From Eutreptiella sp. 'Long Island Sound 2002' (Eukaryota > Protista > Euglenida), in assembly GCA_964036045.1 (NCBI GenBank), contig OZ038378.1, forward strand, positions 100,502,001 through 100,566,000: 64,000 bases of DNA, read 5' to 3'. Below are positions 12,101 to 22,813 of the stretch, piece by piece. The notes beneath the pieces are model-generated. The model made no database searches, was not told where the DNA came from, and saw only the letters and a list, made by a program, of their open reading frames with translations. A program made the translations under genes and the position numbers. Positions within the stretch are counted from its first letter, which is position 1, and each line of letters begins with the position of its first letter.

Positions 12101-15100
12101 GCAGCGGCACCGCCCACTCGGTCCTGCCCTCGCATGCCACCTCATATCCCACAGCTGGGAGCCCCCCCCTTTGTGCCCTTTCCACCACTTCACGCATCAG
12201 CGTCCGGTGGCTTTGGACACGGCTCAAGCTGAGGGCCCCCACGCGGGCAATGGCCTGGAGGATCAGGAGCAGATCTTGGGGTACTCCCTGCGGCACCGGC
12301 GGTTGGGGGTGGGCGTATCGGCGGGCGTCTGCCCGCATGCACCACCCTTTGGCGCAGTGCTTGCAGGTTTCCACCCCCCCCCGTCTTGGGCCCAGCCCTG
12401 TCCGCTACCCCCATCTCCTGTGGTCCCAGGTCATGCGCCTCCTTCACCCCCACGATCTCCAATTCCTCCTCTCCCTCCATGGCTTCCTGCGCTCTGCCGC
12501 TCTCCCTGCGCTGGTCATGTTCCATCGCTTCCGTCGCCGGCGGCGGGCCAGCCGCAGCCATGATCCTCGCTAGGGCCGCCTCCAAATTGGCCTTCACGTC
12601 CACCTCCTCAGCCACCTCCGGCGGGCCCTTTTCCTGCTCCTCCTCCGCGGGCCGCTCCTTCCCTGCTACGTCACCCTCATGGCCCGCCGCTTCATCTCCC
12701 CCCACCGGGACCGCGTGCGGTTCGGGTCCTCGGTGGCTTGCGCCCGAGTCTTGGTGCGTGCCCACCACCACCAGCAACCTGGGGTCGCCGCCGCGGCTCT
12801 CAAGGCGGTAGCTGCTGGAGGTGCGGACAAGGACCGCGCTATCATGGGCGAGCAGCAGGCGGTCCGTGCCGTGTTCCCCGAACACGACCTCCACGCCCTC
12901 GGGGTTCATCGCCACCAGGAGCTCATGGGACCCCGGCGCCGGGGGCGTGAGGGGCCGCACGGCTAGCTCGCGGCGCCCTGCGTGAGCCCCACCCCGCCAC
13001 AGGGCCACGTACAGGCCGCTGTCCCGACGGACATCCTCCAGGCCCGCCTCATCGAGCAAGCGCCCTACCGACAAGCGCACCGACAGGGGGAGGCCTTCCT
13101 GCGGCTCAGACGCCCGCACCTCACCGGGGTGGTGATCCAGGACCGCCGCATCCCCCAGTTGGATGCGGCGGACTTGGCCATCGTCCGGGGACTCGGCCAC
13201 CAGGGTCTTCTCCTGGGCGACCTTTCCCGGGTGCTTGTACTCGTAGCGCTCAAGAGCGCCCTCCAGCAACCCCGCCTCTCGCCTCCCCGTACCCGTGAGG
13301 TGGTGCCTGTGGGCACCCTCGGCCGCATGGTACCTGCAGTGCCGCTGCTCACAGCTCCCAAGGGGAGGGGCGGCACCGCGGTGGGCATGGGCAGCAACGG
13401 CGCGTTCGCCGGGTCCACGTCCATGCCGGCGTAGACGACGGGCCCGGCGTCATCCTCGTACATGTGGGCCAGCGCTGACTCGCCGGGCCCGTACGCCTCT
13501 TCATCCCCCACGCTCTCCGCCTCCTGCACTCCCTCCTCTTCTCCCCCAGCCGCAGTCACCGCCGGCGGCGTCTCCGGTCGCGGGGGAAAGGGCGCCAGAG
13601 GCCGCTCGTCAGCGCCCCCGCCCCTCGCCGCCTCCACCGCGTCCGGTCGTGCCCGCAGGTTGTCGGGCAACCGGGCACAGGTGGTGCCCGCGTTGAGGTC
13701 CATGCTGTACACTAGCCCCGCCGGGCACGGCTCTCCGGGTGCCACCTGGCGCCATTCCCTCCACTTCCACATCCAGTTCTCTCTCCTTCAACCTCTGCAT
13801 GCTCCCCGCTTGGCTCTACGGCCCCATCGTCTGCCGCCCTCCCCCGCATCTCCGTCACTCCCCGCTCAGTACCCGCTCCCTCCGAGCCGGCCTCCTCTGA
13901 CAGCTCCTCTTTGGCGTCTTCCGCCCTTGGGGTGACAGCAGCGAGTGCTCGTGCGATCAGCTCGCGAACGTCAGCCTGCTTCCCCGGTGCCGACTGCGCG
14001 GCCCCCTTGCCTCCCGCGACTTCCCGTCGGTACCTGTCCAGAGGCTGCGCGAGTAGCTCTCTGATGTCTGGTGGGCGGGCCGCGGCCGCATCTTACGCCG
14101 CAGGTGCCGCCTGCACCTCCGCTGGAAGTCCCCTCATAGGGGGCGCGTCCTGCACCCCGTGCGCTCGGGGCGGACCGGCCGGTATCAACACGGGTCCTCC
14201 CGGCACCACAGGCGCAGGCGGAGCCCCTTGTGGCACTGCCGACTCCGCTCGGTGCTCCGGTGCCGGGGTCGCCCACGGAGGTGTACCCGTGGCAGCGGGT
14301 CCCGCCAGGGGCACTTTCAGGGGTGGCCCTATCGGCGGCGCCCCCGTCGTCCCAACGGGAGCCATCCCCCCTGCCGTGTCGTGGGATACGCGCTGCGCCT
14401 CTCCGTACGACTCCGCCGGCTGCTGCACTCCCAGCCCTGGTGTAGGAGCTGACGGGAGTGCGGGCGCCGCCTGCGCACTGAGTGCAGTCGCTATTGGAGT
14501 CCCCGCCTTCGCTGTTGCGGGGACCGGCACGGCATGTTGTGGGGGCGGAGCGAACGCATGCTGTGGTTGTTCTCCGGGGATGTTGTTGTGCCACATGCTG
14601 GTGTGTATGGTGATGGTGATGATGGATGCGGAACTGTGGCAAAGCAGTCGGGTGTACGTGTTGGTGTGGGAAATGATGCCGCATCAGGGGGAACCCCAAG
14701 GGGTGGTGGAAGAGGTGATGGTGATGGATTTGGTGATGGTGACGGGCCCCAAAAGGCGGGAACGGCAGAGGCATGAGGCATGGGGCGGAGGCATCGGAAA
14801 TAGGTGCGCGCCCGGTACCGCATACCCCGGCCAACGCGCCGCCGGCCCCATCAGGGACTGCCCGCGCTGCGCGTCCTCGAGCCGCCCGAGATCATCTTGT
14901 AGACGTCGGAGTAGTCGGTTGAGCAAGTGTACCCTAAATGGCACCGTGCCTGCTGCGAACTGCGCCTGAATGTCAGGCGCATTGTACCGGGGGGGGGTCG
15001 CGGGCCAACACCTGCCGCAAGCAGACGTCGACGAAATGGTCCGACCCGTTATCCCTGGCCGGACGATCGGCGTGCACGCGCGCCTGGAATGCCGCATACG

Positions 15101-15206
15101 TGTGCGGCCCGTGTCTGACGAGGCCAGACACCGTGTCTACCAGACGCCGGGCACGTCGCCGCAAGGCTGACAACTCCAAGGGATTGGTGGGGACAGGAAG
15201 CGACAT
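9160..15206 (-). pseudogene. Decayed ~2000-aa polyprotein of an unclassified element (Ulp1/clan-CE protease-like modules, Cys/His finger, Pro/Ala-rich linkers)
   Basis: ORFs 11808-12374, 11340-11783, 10878-11252, 9588-10871 and 9162-9413 share one frame, separated only by stops. Upstream pieces (12190-13269, 13065-13772, 14093-15097, 14973-15206) join via frameshifts, some in G/C runs. Start codon MSLPVP is at 15206. Confidence 0.7.
10580..11040 (-). pseudogene. Ulp1/C48-like (clan CE) cysteine protease domain, catalytic Cys replaced by Ser
   Basis: LSDDAV (cf. LNDEVI), YLNRSETPGMRHWTAHHLL...TVDPL (His/Asp) and QQPAGNNKDSGVCAL (cf. QQxNxxDCGVF). TCT versus TGT is a one-base change. Confidence 0.6.
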
Positions 15207-18200
15207 TTAGCTATCGAAGACTGGGCGAGCTACGGATAACGCGGGGGAGCGGGAAGGTGCGGGGTGGCCCCTCACGCGGCCCCAACGTAGTTTGGATGTT
15301 GCACGAGACGTTGCGTGACACGGTAGCCTTCCTCTGCCCCTTGTCGTGCTCCCCCCCCCCCCACCCCCTGTCTCCGTTGCCTTTCGTGTTGCCCCCCAGG
15401 TCCCTGCTCCGGGACTACCCGGGCCATGGTGGGTGTGCGGCGGGGGTGGGTGGGGGGGGGTTTGACGCTGTCTCGGGTCGCATCCCCCGGTGTTTCCCCT
15501 TGGGGGGGCCGATGCTTGCACTCCCCCCCAGGGTGTAATGCCGTTGTACGGGCCGTCCATTTGTACCCGCTCCGTACAAATGGACCTGCGTCGTAGCCAG
15601 GTACTCCGGCCTTTCCCCACACCGGGGTCGGGTACACTGTGGGTCGCAGGGGAGCCCGTGCGGGACAGGCGCGTCTCTTGCTTGCCCCGATGGACGGTGT
15701 GCCCTACCCGCAGCCCCTCAGTGGGCACGAACCGCAATACGTGCCGTGGGGAGTGCTCCTTGTCAGGCCCATTGGTCACCCCCCTAGGACGGTGCCACCT
15801 GGGGCCGCTGACCCACGGTTCTGGGCGTATTCCACCTTCTTGCGTGTGCTAAGGTGGGGCCGATACGGTCACCGGGGGGGGGGGCCCGGCGTCATCCTCG
15901 TACATGTGGGCCAGCGCTGACTCGCCGGGCCCGTACGCCTCTTCATCCCCCACGCTCTCCGCCTCCTGCACTCCCTCCTCTTCTCCCCCAGCCGCAGTCA
16001 CCGCCGGCGGCGTCTCCGGTCGCGGGGGAAAGGGCGCCAGAGGCCGCTCGTCAGCGCCCCCGCCCCTCGCCGCCTCCACCGCGTCCGGTCGTGCCCGCAG
16101 GTTGTCGGGCAACCGGGCACAGGTGGTGCCCGCGTTGAGGTCCATGCTGTACACTAGCCCCGCCGGGCACGGCTCTCCGGGTGCCACCTGGCGCCATTCC
16201 CTCCACTTCCACATCCAGTTCTCTCTCCTTCAACCTCTGCATGCTCCCCGCTTGGCTCTACGGCCCCATCGTCTGCCGCCCTCCCCCGCATCTCCGTCAC
16301 TCCCCGCTCAGTACCCGCTCCCTCCGAGCCGGCCTCCTCTGACAGCTCCTCTTTGGCGTCTTCCGCCCTTGGGGTGACAGCAGCGAGTGCTCGTGCGATC
16401 AGCTCGCGAACGTCAGCCTGCTTCCCCGGTGCCGACTGCGCGGCCCCCTTGCCTCCCGCGACTTCCCGTCGGTACCTGTCCAGAGGCTGCGCGAGTAGCT
16501 CTCTGATGTCTGGTGGGCGGGCCGCGGCCGCATCTTACGCCGCAGGTGCCGCCTGCACCTCCGCTGGAAGTCCCCTCATGGGGGGCGCGTCCTGCACCCC
16601 GTGCGCTCGGGGCGGACCGGCCGGTATCAACACGGGTCCTCCCGGCACCACAGGCGCAGGCGGAGCCCCTTGTGGCACTGCCGACTCCGCTCGGTGCTCC
16701 GGTGCCGGGGTCGCCCACGGAGGTGTACCCGTGGCAGCGGGTCCCGCCAGGGGCACTTTCAGGGGTGGCCCTATCGGCGGCGCCCCCGTCGTCCCAACGG
16801 GAGCCATCCCCCCTGCCGTGTCGTGGGATACGCGCTGCGCCTCTCCGTACGACTCCGCCGGCTGCTGCACTCCCAGCCCTGGTGTAGGAGCTGACGGGAG
16901 TGCGGGCGCCGCCTGCGCACTGAGTGCAGTCGCTATTGGAGTCCCCGCCTTCGCTGTTGCGGGGACCGGCACGGCATGTTGTGGGGGCGGAGCGAACGCA
17001 TGCTGTGGTTGTTCTCCGGGGATGTTGTTGTGCCACATGCTGGTGTGTATGGTGATGGTGATGATGGATGCGGAACTGTGGCAAAGCAGTCGGGTGTACG
17101 TGTTGGTGTGGGAAATGATGCCGCATCAGGGGGAACCCCAAGGGGTGGTGGAAGAGGTGATGGTGATGGATTTGGTGATGGTGACGGGCCCCAAAAGGCG
17201 GGAACGGCAGAGGCATGAGGCATGGGGCGGAGGCATCGGAAATAGGTGCGCGCCCGGTACCGCATACCCCGGCCAACGCGCCGCCGGCCCCATCAGGGAC
17301 TGCCCGCGCTGCGCGTCCTCGAGCCGCCCGAGATCATCTTGTAGACGTCGGAGTAGTCGGTTGAGCAAGTGTACCCTAAATGGCACCGTGCCTGCTGCGA
17401 ACTGCGCCTGAATGTCAGGCGCATTGTACCGGGGGGGGGTCGCGGGCCAACACCTGCCGCAAGCAGACGTCGACGAAATGGTCCGACCCGTTATCCCTGG
17501 CCGGACGATCGGCGTGCACGCGCGCCTGGAATGCCGCATACGTGTGCGGCCCGTGTCTGACGAGGTCAGACACCGTGTCTACCAGACGCCGGGCACGTCG
17601 CCGCAAGGCTGACAACTCCAAGGGATTGGTGGGGACAGGAAGCGACATTTAGCTATCGAAGACTGGGCGAGCTACGGATAACGCGGGGGAGCGGGAAGGT
17701 GCGGGGTGGCCCCTCCCGCGGCCCCAACGTAGTTTGGATGTTGCACGAGACGTTGCGTGACACGGTAGCCTTCCTCTGCCCCTTGTCGTGCTCCCCCCCC
17801 TCCTCCCCCTGTCTCCGTTGCCTTTCGTGTTGCCCCCCAGGTCCCTGCTCCGGGACTACCCGGGCCATGGTGGGTGTGCGGCGGGGGTGGGTGGGGGGGG
17901 GTTTGACGCTGTCTCGGGTCGCATCCCCCGGTGTTTCCCCTTGGGGGGGCCGATGCTTGCACTCCCCCCCAGGGTGTAATGCCGTTGTACGGGCCGTCCA
18001 TTTGTACCCGCTCCGTACAAATGGACCTGCGTCGTAGCCAGGTACTCCGGCCTTTCCCCACACCGGGGTCGGGTACACTGTGGGTCGCAGGGGAGCCCGT
18101 GCGGGACAGGCGCGTCTCTTGCTTGCCCCGATGGACGGTGTGCCCTACCCGCAGCCCCTCAGTGGGCACGAACCGCAATACGTGCCGTGGGGAGTGCTCC

Positions 18201-18323
18201 TTGTCAGGCCCATTGGTCACCCCCCTAGGACGGTGCCACCTGGGGCCGCTGACCCACGGTTCTGGGCGTATTCCACCTTCTTGCGTGTGCTAAGGTGGGG
18301 CCGATATGGTCACCGGGGGGGGG
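13440..18323. repeat. Near-identical direct tandem duplication, unit about 2442 bp (13440-15881 and 15882-18323)
   Basis: ORF pairs are offset by exactly 2442 (13462/15904, 13911/16353, 14093/16535, 14973/17415). The junction lies in a G run, ...CACCGGGGGGGGGGGCCCGGC. Confidence 0.97.
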
Positions 18324-18646
18324 TGCAAACCCCTGAGGCTGGGCCCCTCGCCTGCGTCCCCTGTGGGCACCTTTCGTCCCGACCTATATATATATATATA
18401 TGGGGCTGCTGGTTACCATGCTGCTGTGTTGGCTGCGGCATTTCCGCTCCCCGCCCTCGTTTTTTTCCTTCCCGCGCCTCCCCGCCTGCTCCGGGGCTCC
18501 TTCCGTGCCCTGCTTGTCCCTCGCTCTCTCCCTCTGCCCTTCCCCGCACAGGCACAATGCACGACAGTTTCAGGGCTGGGTTCAGGTTGGGGTTGCGCAT
18601 GCCTTCGTTTCGCCTGCCATGCATGTTGCACGACACCCTGCCCCCC

Positions 18647-18741
18647 CATACATACATAGACACATACATACATCATACATACATACATGCATACGTACAT
18701 ACATACATACATACATACATGATTTGATTTGATTTGATTTG
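18647..18741. repeat. Imperfect (CATA)n followed by (GATTT)4
   Basis: Read directly; (GATTT)4 is an (AAATC)4 tail on the minus strand. Confidence 0.95.
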
Positions 18742-21310
18742 AAAAATCCGCTTTGTCTGGGTTAGGACCAGTCCCCTTCCAAGTTCCACAACTAGCCTCC
18801 CCGTCAACCTACACACGGACCACAAAACAAATCAAATTCTGAACGAATGTGACTCAGCATGGGTTTCTGACTACCGATCCATGTCACACTCGGATGAATA
18901 GATCAAGCAAATGCTGCATCAACTCAGTACATGTGCTTTCCTTTTCCTTTGCCACCCTTTTTACCCATAGATCCTCCTGTGTTTCCTTTAGACCCAATTA
19001 GGCATAGTGATATGCCCCATATGTCGTGCAGGGAGCTAATGTCGATCTATGCCGTGCAGAATCTAGGTGATACCTGTTCGCACGTCCTGAGAAGAAACAG
19101 CCACCAAATCTGCAGGTCAAGAACTGATTTAATCACAGGTGGAGGAACCCCATGGGAGTGGGAAACGTCAGAAAAAACCCACCCCAGTTACAGATGTGAC
19201 CACTCCGATCGCACTGTAAAATGCCACAATTGGAGCCCTGAATCCCTGGGAAGACCCTCCCATGACCATTGCACTCCTAGTAGACACCAATGCACAACTT
19301 CGCCCCCCAGTCTTGTTCTCATTGCTTCCGTGACGACCGCATGGGGGCTCTCCTGGCACTCACTGATCCACACAGAGGGACCCATTGTGTGCCAAACTGT
19401 CAGCTCAACGTTCCCCCTGTAGCTCACAAGAATATGCCCTACATACCCTCTACCCCGAACTGATGAGAAAAGAACCCAGAGCAGTTTGGTGGGATTGTGA
19501 CTGTCCAAATGAGCAGCTTGTGGCTCGAATCCCAAAAGTACACTAGAATTCATCCCTGGGGTCCACTGTGAATGAAATTGAGGGCACGGAAGCCTGACAT
19601 TGTCTGTATCAAATCCACCGTGAACCATAGCATACGCGCTCTTCAAAATTTGACAGATAAGGATTTGGGGCTCACTGACGACTAATTTGGAGAGAACCTG
19701 TGAAATACCCCTTTTTGGGCCTAACCCTAACCAGATGGGCCACACTGGATTTAATGATTTTGCTGGATCGGCAATGGCTGCCCCCCTTGCAGGGTGACAC
19801 CAGACAATGCACATACCCGGATGTCCCAAAATTTCAACACCCCCCCATCGAAGAAGGATACGGTTGCGGGGAATGCCTGCAGCATAGAAAGTTTCACAGA
19901 GCTGTTCAGACCAAGCGAGAACCCGCAATTTAGTAAACATACACTTGTGAAACTGATGTTGAAATACCGAGCGACACCATATGGAGCAAAGCGAGCATTC
20001 TGTATCCCTGTGCTGCCTCTCCCATTGATCGGCTGACGCATACAGACTCCATGCCTTGATGCGTCCCCAATGCTCAATCCCCAAAGGTTGCAACTGCATC
20101 CAACACTTGAGCCCTGAGACAGACTCTTGTAGCACCATGCGCCATGAGCGCTTCGGAGGGGAAGGGGAACGGGAGAGAAAGACACCGAGCGCATCATTAG
20201 ACAGGCTGAGCAAATGACACTTGAGGTCAATTATCAATTTGTCCCCCTGGAAAGGAAGAATGGAATCTCTGTCTAGCCACACATCAAGAACTGAAACTTC
20301 CTGACGCTCACCGCGCGCACCAGCTTTCGCTTCAGAGTCCATTTCTTAGTTGAACGAGGATATCCAGTTCAGGCCCCATTTTCGTAGGGTAGCAGTAAGA
20401 GCAGGAGGGGGTGAGAGACCCTTGATCCTATGGGTGAGAGGGGGAGAGGGGGACCCATAGCTGGTTGACCTCCTCCGAGTCTCACATGCCGTACCACACA
20501 TGCTTAGAAAAGAACAAAGAAAAACCTTGACATTATTGTAAAGTTGCCCCCCACGGGGGAGGCGAGTACTCTGTTGGTTGTTGGTCTCAATGTCGGCCGG
20601 CGGGGCAGGCGCCACGCTGGCGACATCTCCACCTCCAGAGACCCCTGAGACAATACTGTCCGCAACCCGGACCCGGACATCCGGGAGGGGAATTTCTCCA
20701 CCTGATGAATAACTTTTGTAGTGTACCCCAGCACGAACCTAGATGGATCCCCTGCACTATCCTCAGGTGGTTGTCTTGATGGCCGTGACACCTGTCGTCA
20801 CAGTTGTTCCACGTTGCATTGCAGGGCAGGACCGGTAGCCCCCCGTGACAATAGTTCCCCGGCTGAACGCCATGATGTTGCAGGCAAGTTTCTCTGGCGG
20901 ATCCTGAGTGTCTTCTCCTGAATGATTCCCAGATGTTTCACTGCTTGGTCTGCAGATGGATCCCAGTATGGAGTCCCAAATTGATACCCCTTTGGATCTC
21001 CATAAATATTCCCAGTAAGTACCCCACATTGATATCCTGTTTGTAGTGTAGAAGATCCCCTTATACTTCCCTGATGGTGCCCTAGATGGATCCCAGATTG
21101 TTGTCCCAACATAGCTCCGCGTGGATCTCTAGACCGTTGGTCTCCTCACTCAGCCCGCCCAGCGGGGGGGGGGGGGGGGGGCTTCCATCTGCCTGCGCGC
21201 TCTCCTCCGATGATGATTTCTGACATACCTGGAAAAGGGTGAAAAACAACTGAGAGATTAGACCCTCTAACTTACAGTGCGGAGAAACGAGTCCGAGTGA
21301 GTGCATCTGT
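18721..21310 (-). mobile_element. 5'-truncated degenerate non-LTR retrotransposon (family D) with an (AAATC)n tail
   Basis: Minus strand, in order: GLISQLFFTL (motif B'), ELCWDNNL (degenerate YADD), QAVKHLGII (motif 7), then the 384-aa ORF 19188-20342 with CSLCSIWCRSVFQHQFHKC (CCHC), then the tail. Confidence 0.65.
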
Positions 21311-21338
21311 ACCTGTACCCCTTTGCTGCTGACGTCGT

Positions 21339-21556
21339 TTACCTACTCTGGTGCTGTTAAGTGTTTACCCTCCCTATCTGTATCCCGTGAGGCATCGAAG
21401 ATGTGGAACTGGTTAAGGATTACATACATATATACATGCATACATAGTTACCTACCCTGGTGCCGTTAAGTGTTTACCCTCCCTATCTGTATCCCGTGAG
21501 GCATCGAAGATGTGAAACTGGTTAAGGATTACATACATATATACATGCATACATAG
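21339..21556 (+). repeat. Two ~109-bp direct repeats, each ending in a CATA-like tail
   Basis: TTACCTAC(T/C)CTGGTGC...GGTTAAGGATTACATACATATATACATGCATACATAG occurs twice. Confidence 0.92.
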
Positions 21557-21585
21557 ATACATACATACACATCATACATACATAC

Positions 21586-21697
21586 AGAGCATTAAGAGCA
21601 ATAGGAGTGACGACCCCAGTCGAACGGGAGCGCAAAGAAAATGGATCGTACATACATACATACATACATACATACCTACCTACATACATACATACAT
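21586..21697 (+). mobile_element. LINE-A 3'-terminal stub (~62 bp) plus (CATA)n tail
   Basis: AGAGCATTAAGAGCAATAGGAGTGACGACCCCAGTCGAACGGGAGCGCAAAGAAAATGGATCG matches 4746-4807 and is flanked by CATA runs on both sides. Confidence 0.9.
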
Positions 21698-21699
21698 GT

Positions 21700-22711
21700 T
21701 TTTTGTCGGAATTCAACTACCCAGACCATTCTGACTTCGTCCATGCAGAACAGGCTACTGCAGCCTATGAACTTATGCTAGGCAACGCACCGCGAGAGGC
21801 ATGGGGGGAGGGGTGCACGCACAAATGCAAGGCAGAGCGGGCGATGTGTTTGTGTGGTCGTTGCCAGCGACAGCGGAAAAGGCAGTGCAGGACATGTTAC
21901 AGGGCGCCATGGCGGACGCCCTGCAGCGACATCAGGTCCAGATAGTGATGGATTCGACCGCTGAGAATCTGTCAACGGCGGACACGGGTGCAGCCTCGGA
22001 TTTTTCTTTGGGCTCAGAGCCGGGTGCAATGGGGAGTTATGCAAGGATGGACAGCGACTCATCACAGGGCTCACTGTCGTCAGCAATAATCATTAGTGAT
22101 TGAGGGACAACGTGGTTGTTGGGCCAGTTTGGCCTTTCATCAGTATGATCAGTTTCACATGTTGGACTATTTATGTTCTAGGGGGGTGGCCGAGTGCGGG
22201 AGGCCAGCTTAGTGAGCCCCGAGGCGACATGGGGCAAGCGAGAGGCAATGGACAGGTACTGACTGGAGACATACAGCGACATGGTTGTTGGGCCAGTTGG
22301 GCCTTTGATCACTATGATTTGTTTCACATGTTCACTGGTTGGATGTTACACAGTGTGCAGAGAGCACGGTGAAACAGGGCATGCAGGGGACCATGAACAG
22401 GTATTCGACTGAGGAGTGACAGCGACAAGGTTGTTGGGCTAGTTGGGCCTTTGATCAGTGTGATCTGTTTCACATGTTCATTGGTTGGATGTTACATGGA
22501 GTGCACAGTGTGCACAGTGCGGTGAGAAACGGTCCGGCGAAGGGCACAGGGTCGAAGGGCGACGTGAACATTGCGCAGAGAGCGCAGAAAACACAGCTCA
22601 GGGTCCAGGGTCCTGGGTCCAGGGTCAGAGAAGAACACAGCATTCAGAGCATTAGGAGTGACGACCCCAGTCGAACACGAGCGCAAAGAAAATGGATGGT
22701 ACATACATACA
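21700..22711 (+). mobile_element. LINE-A 5'-truncated copy (~1 kb; ORF2 end, 3' UTR, short tail)
   Basis: Homologous to 3815-4810 and 29130-30175; begins right after a CATA run. Confidence 0.9.
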
Positions 22712-22813
22712 GGTGTCCTTTTATGCCCATGTTATGCTTTGCTCGGCAGCAGCCGGTTTGGCGCATTAGCAAGCTTCGAGGGCACGGCCACTCGGACAGT
22801 GTACAAGCTCATC

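Noticed and set aside
8135-18648. LTR retrotransposon interpretation of the polyprotein element
   Set aside because: No matching terminal repeats at the two ends, and no RT, RNase H, integrase or clear PBS.
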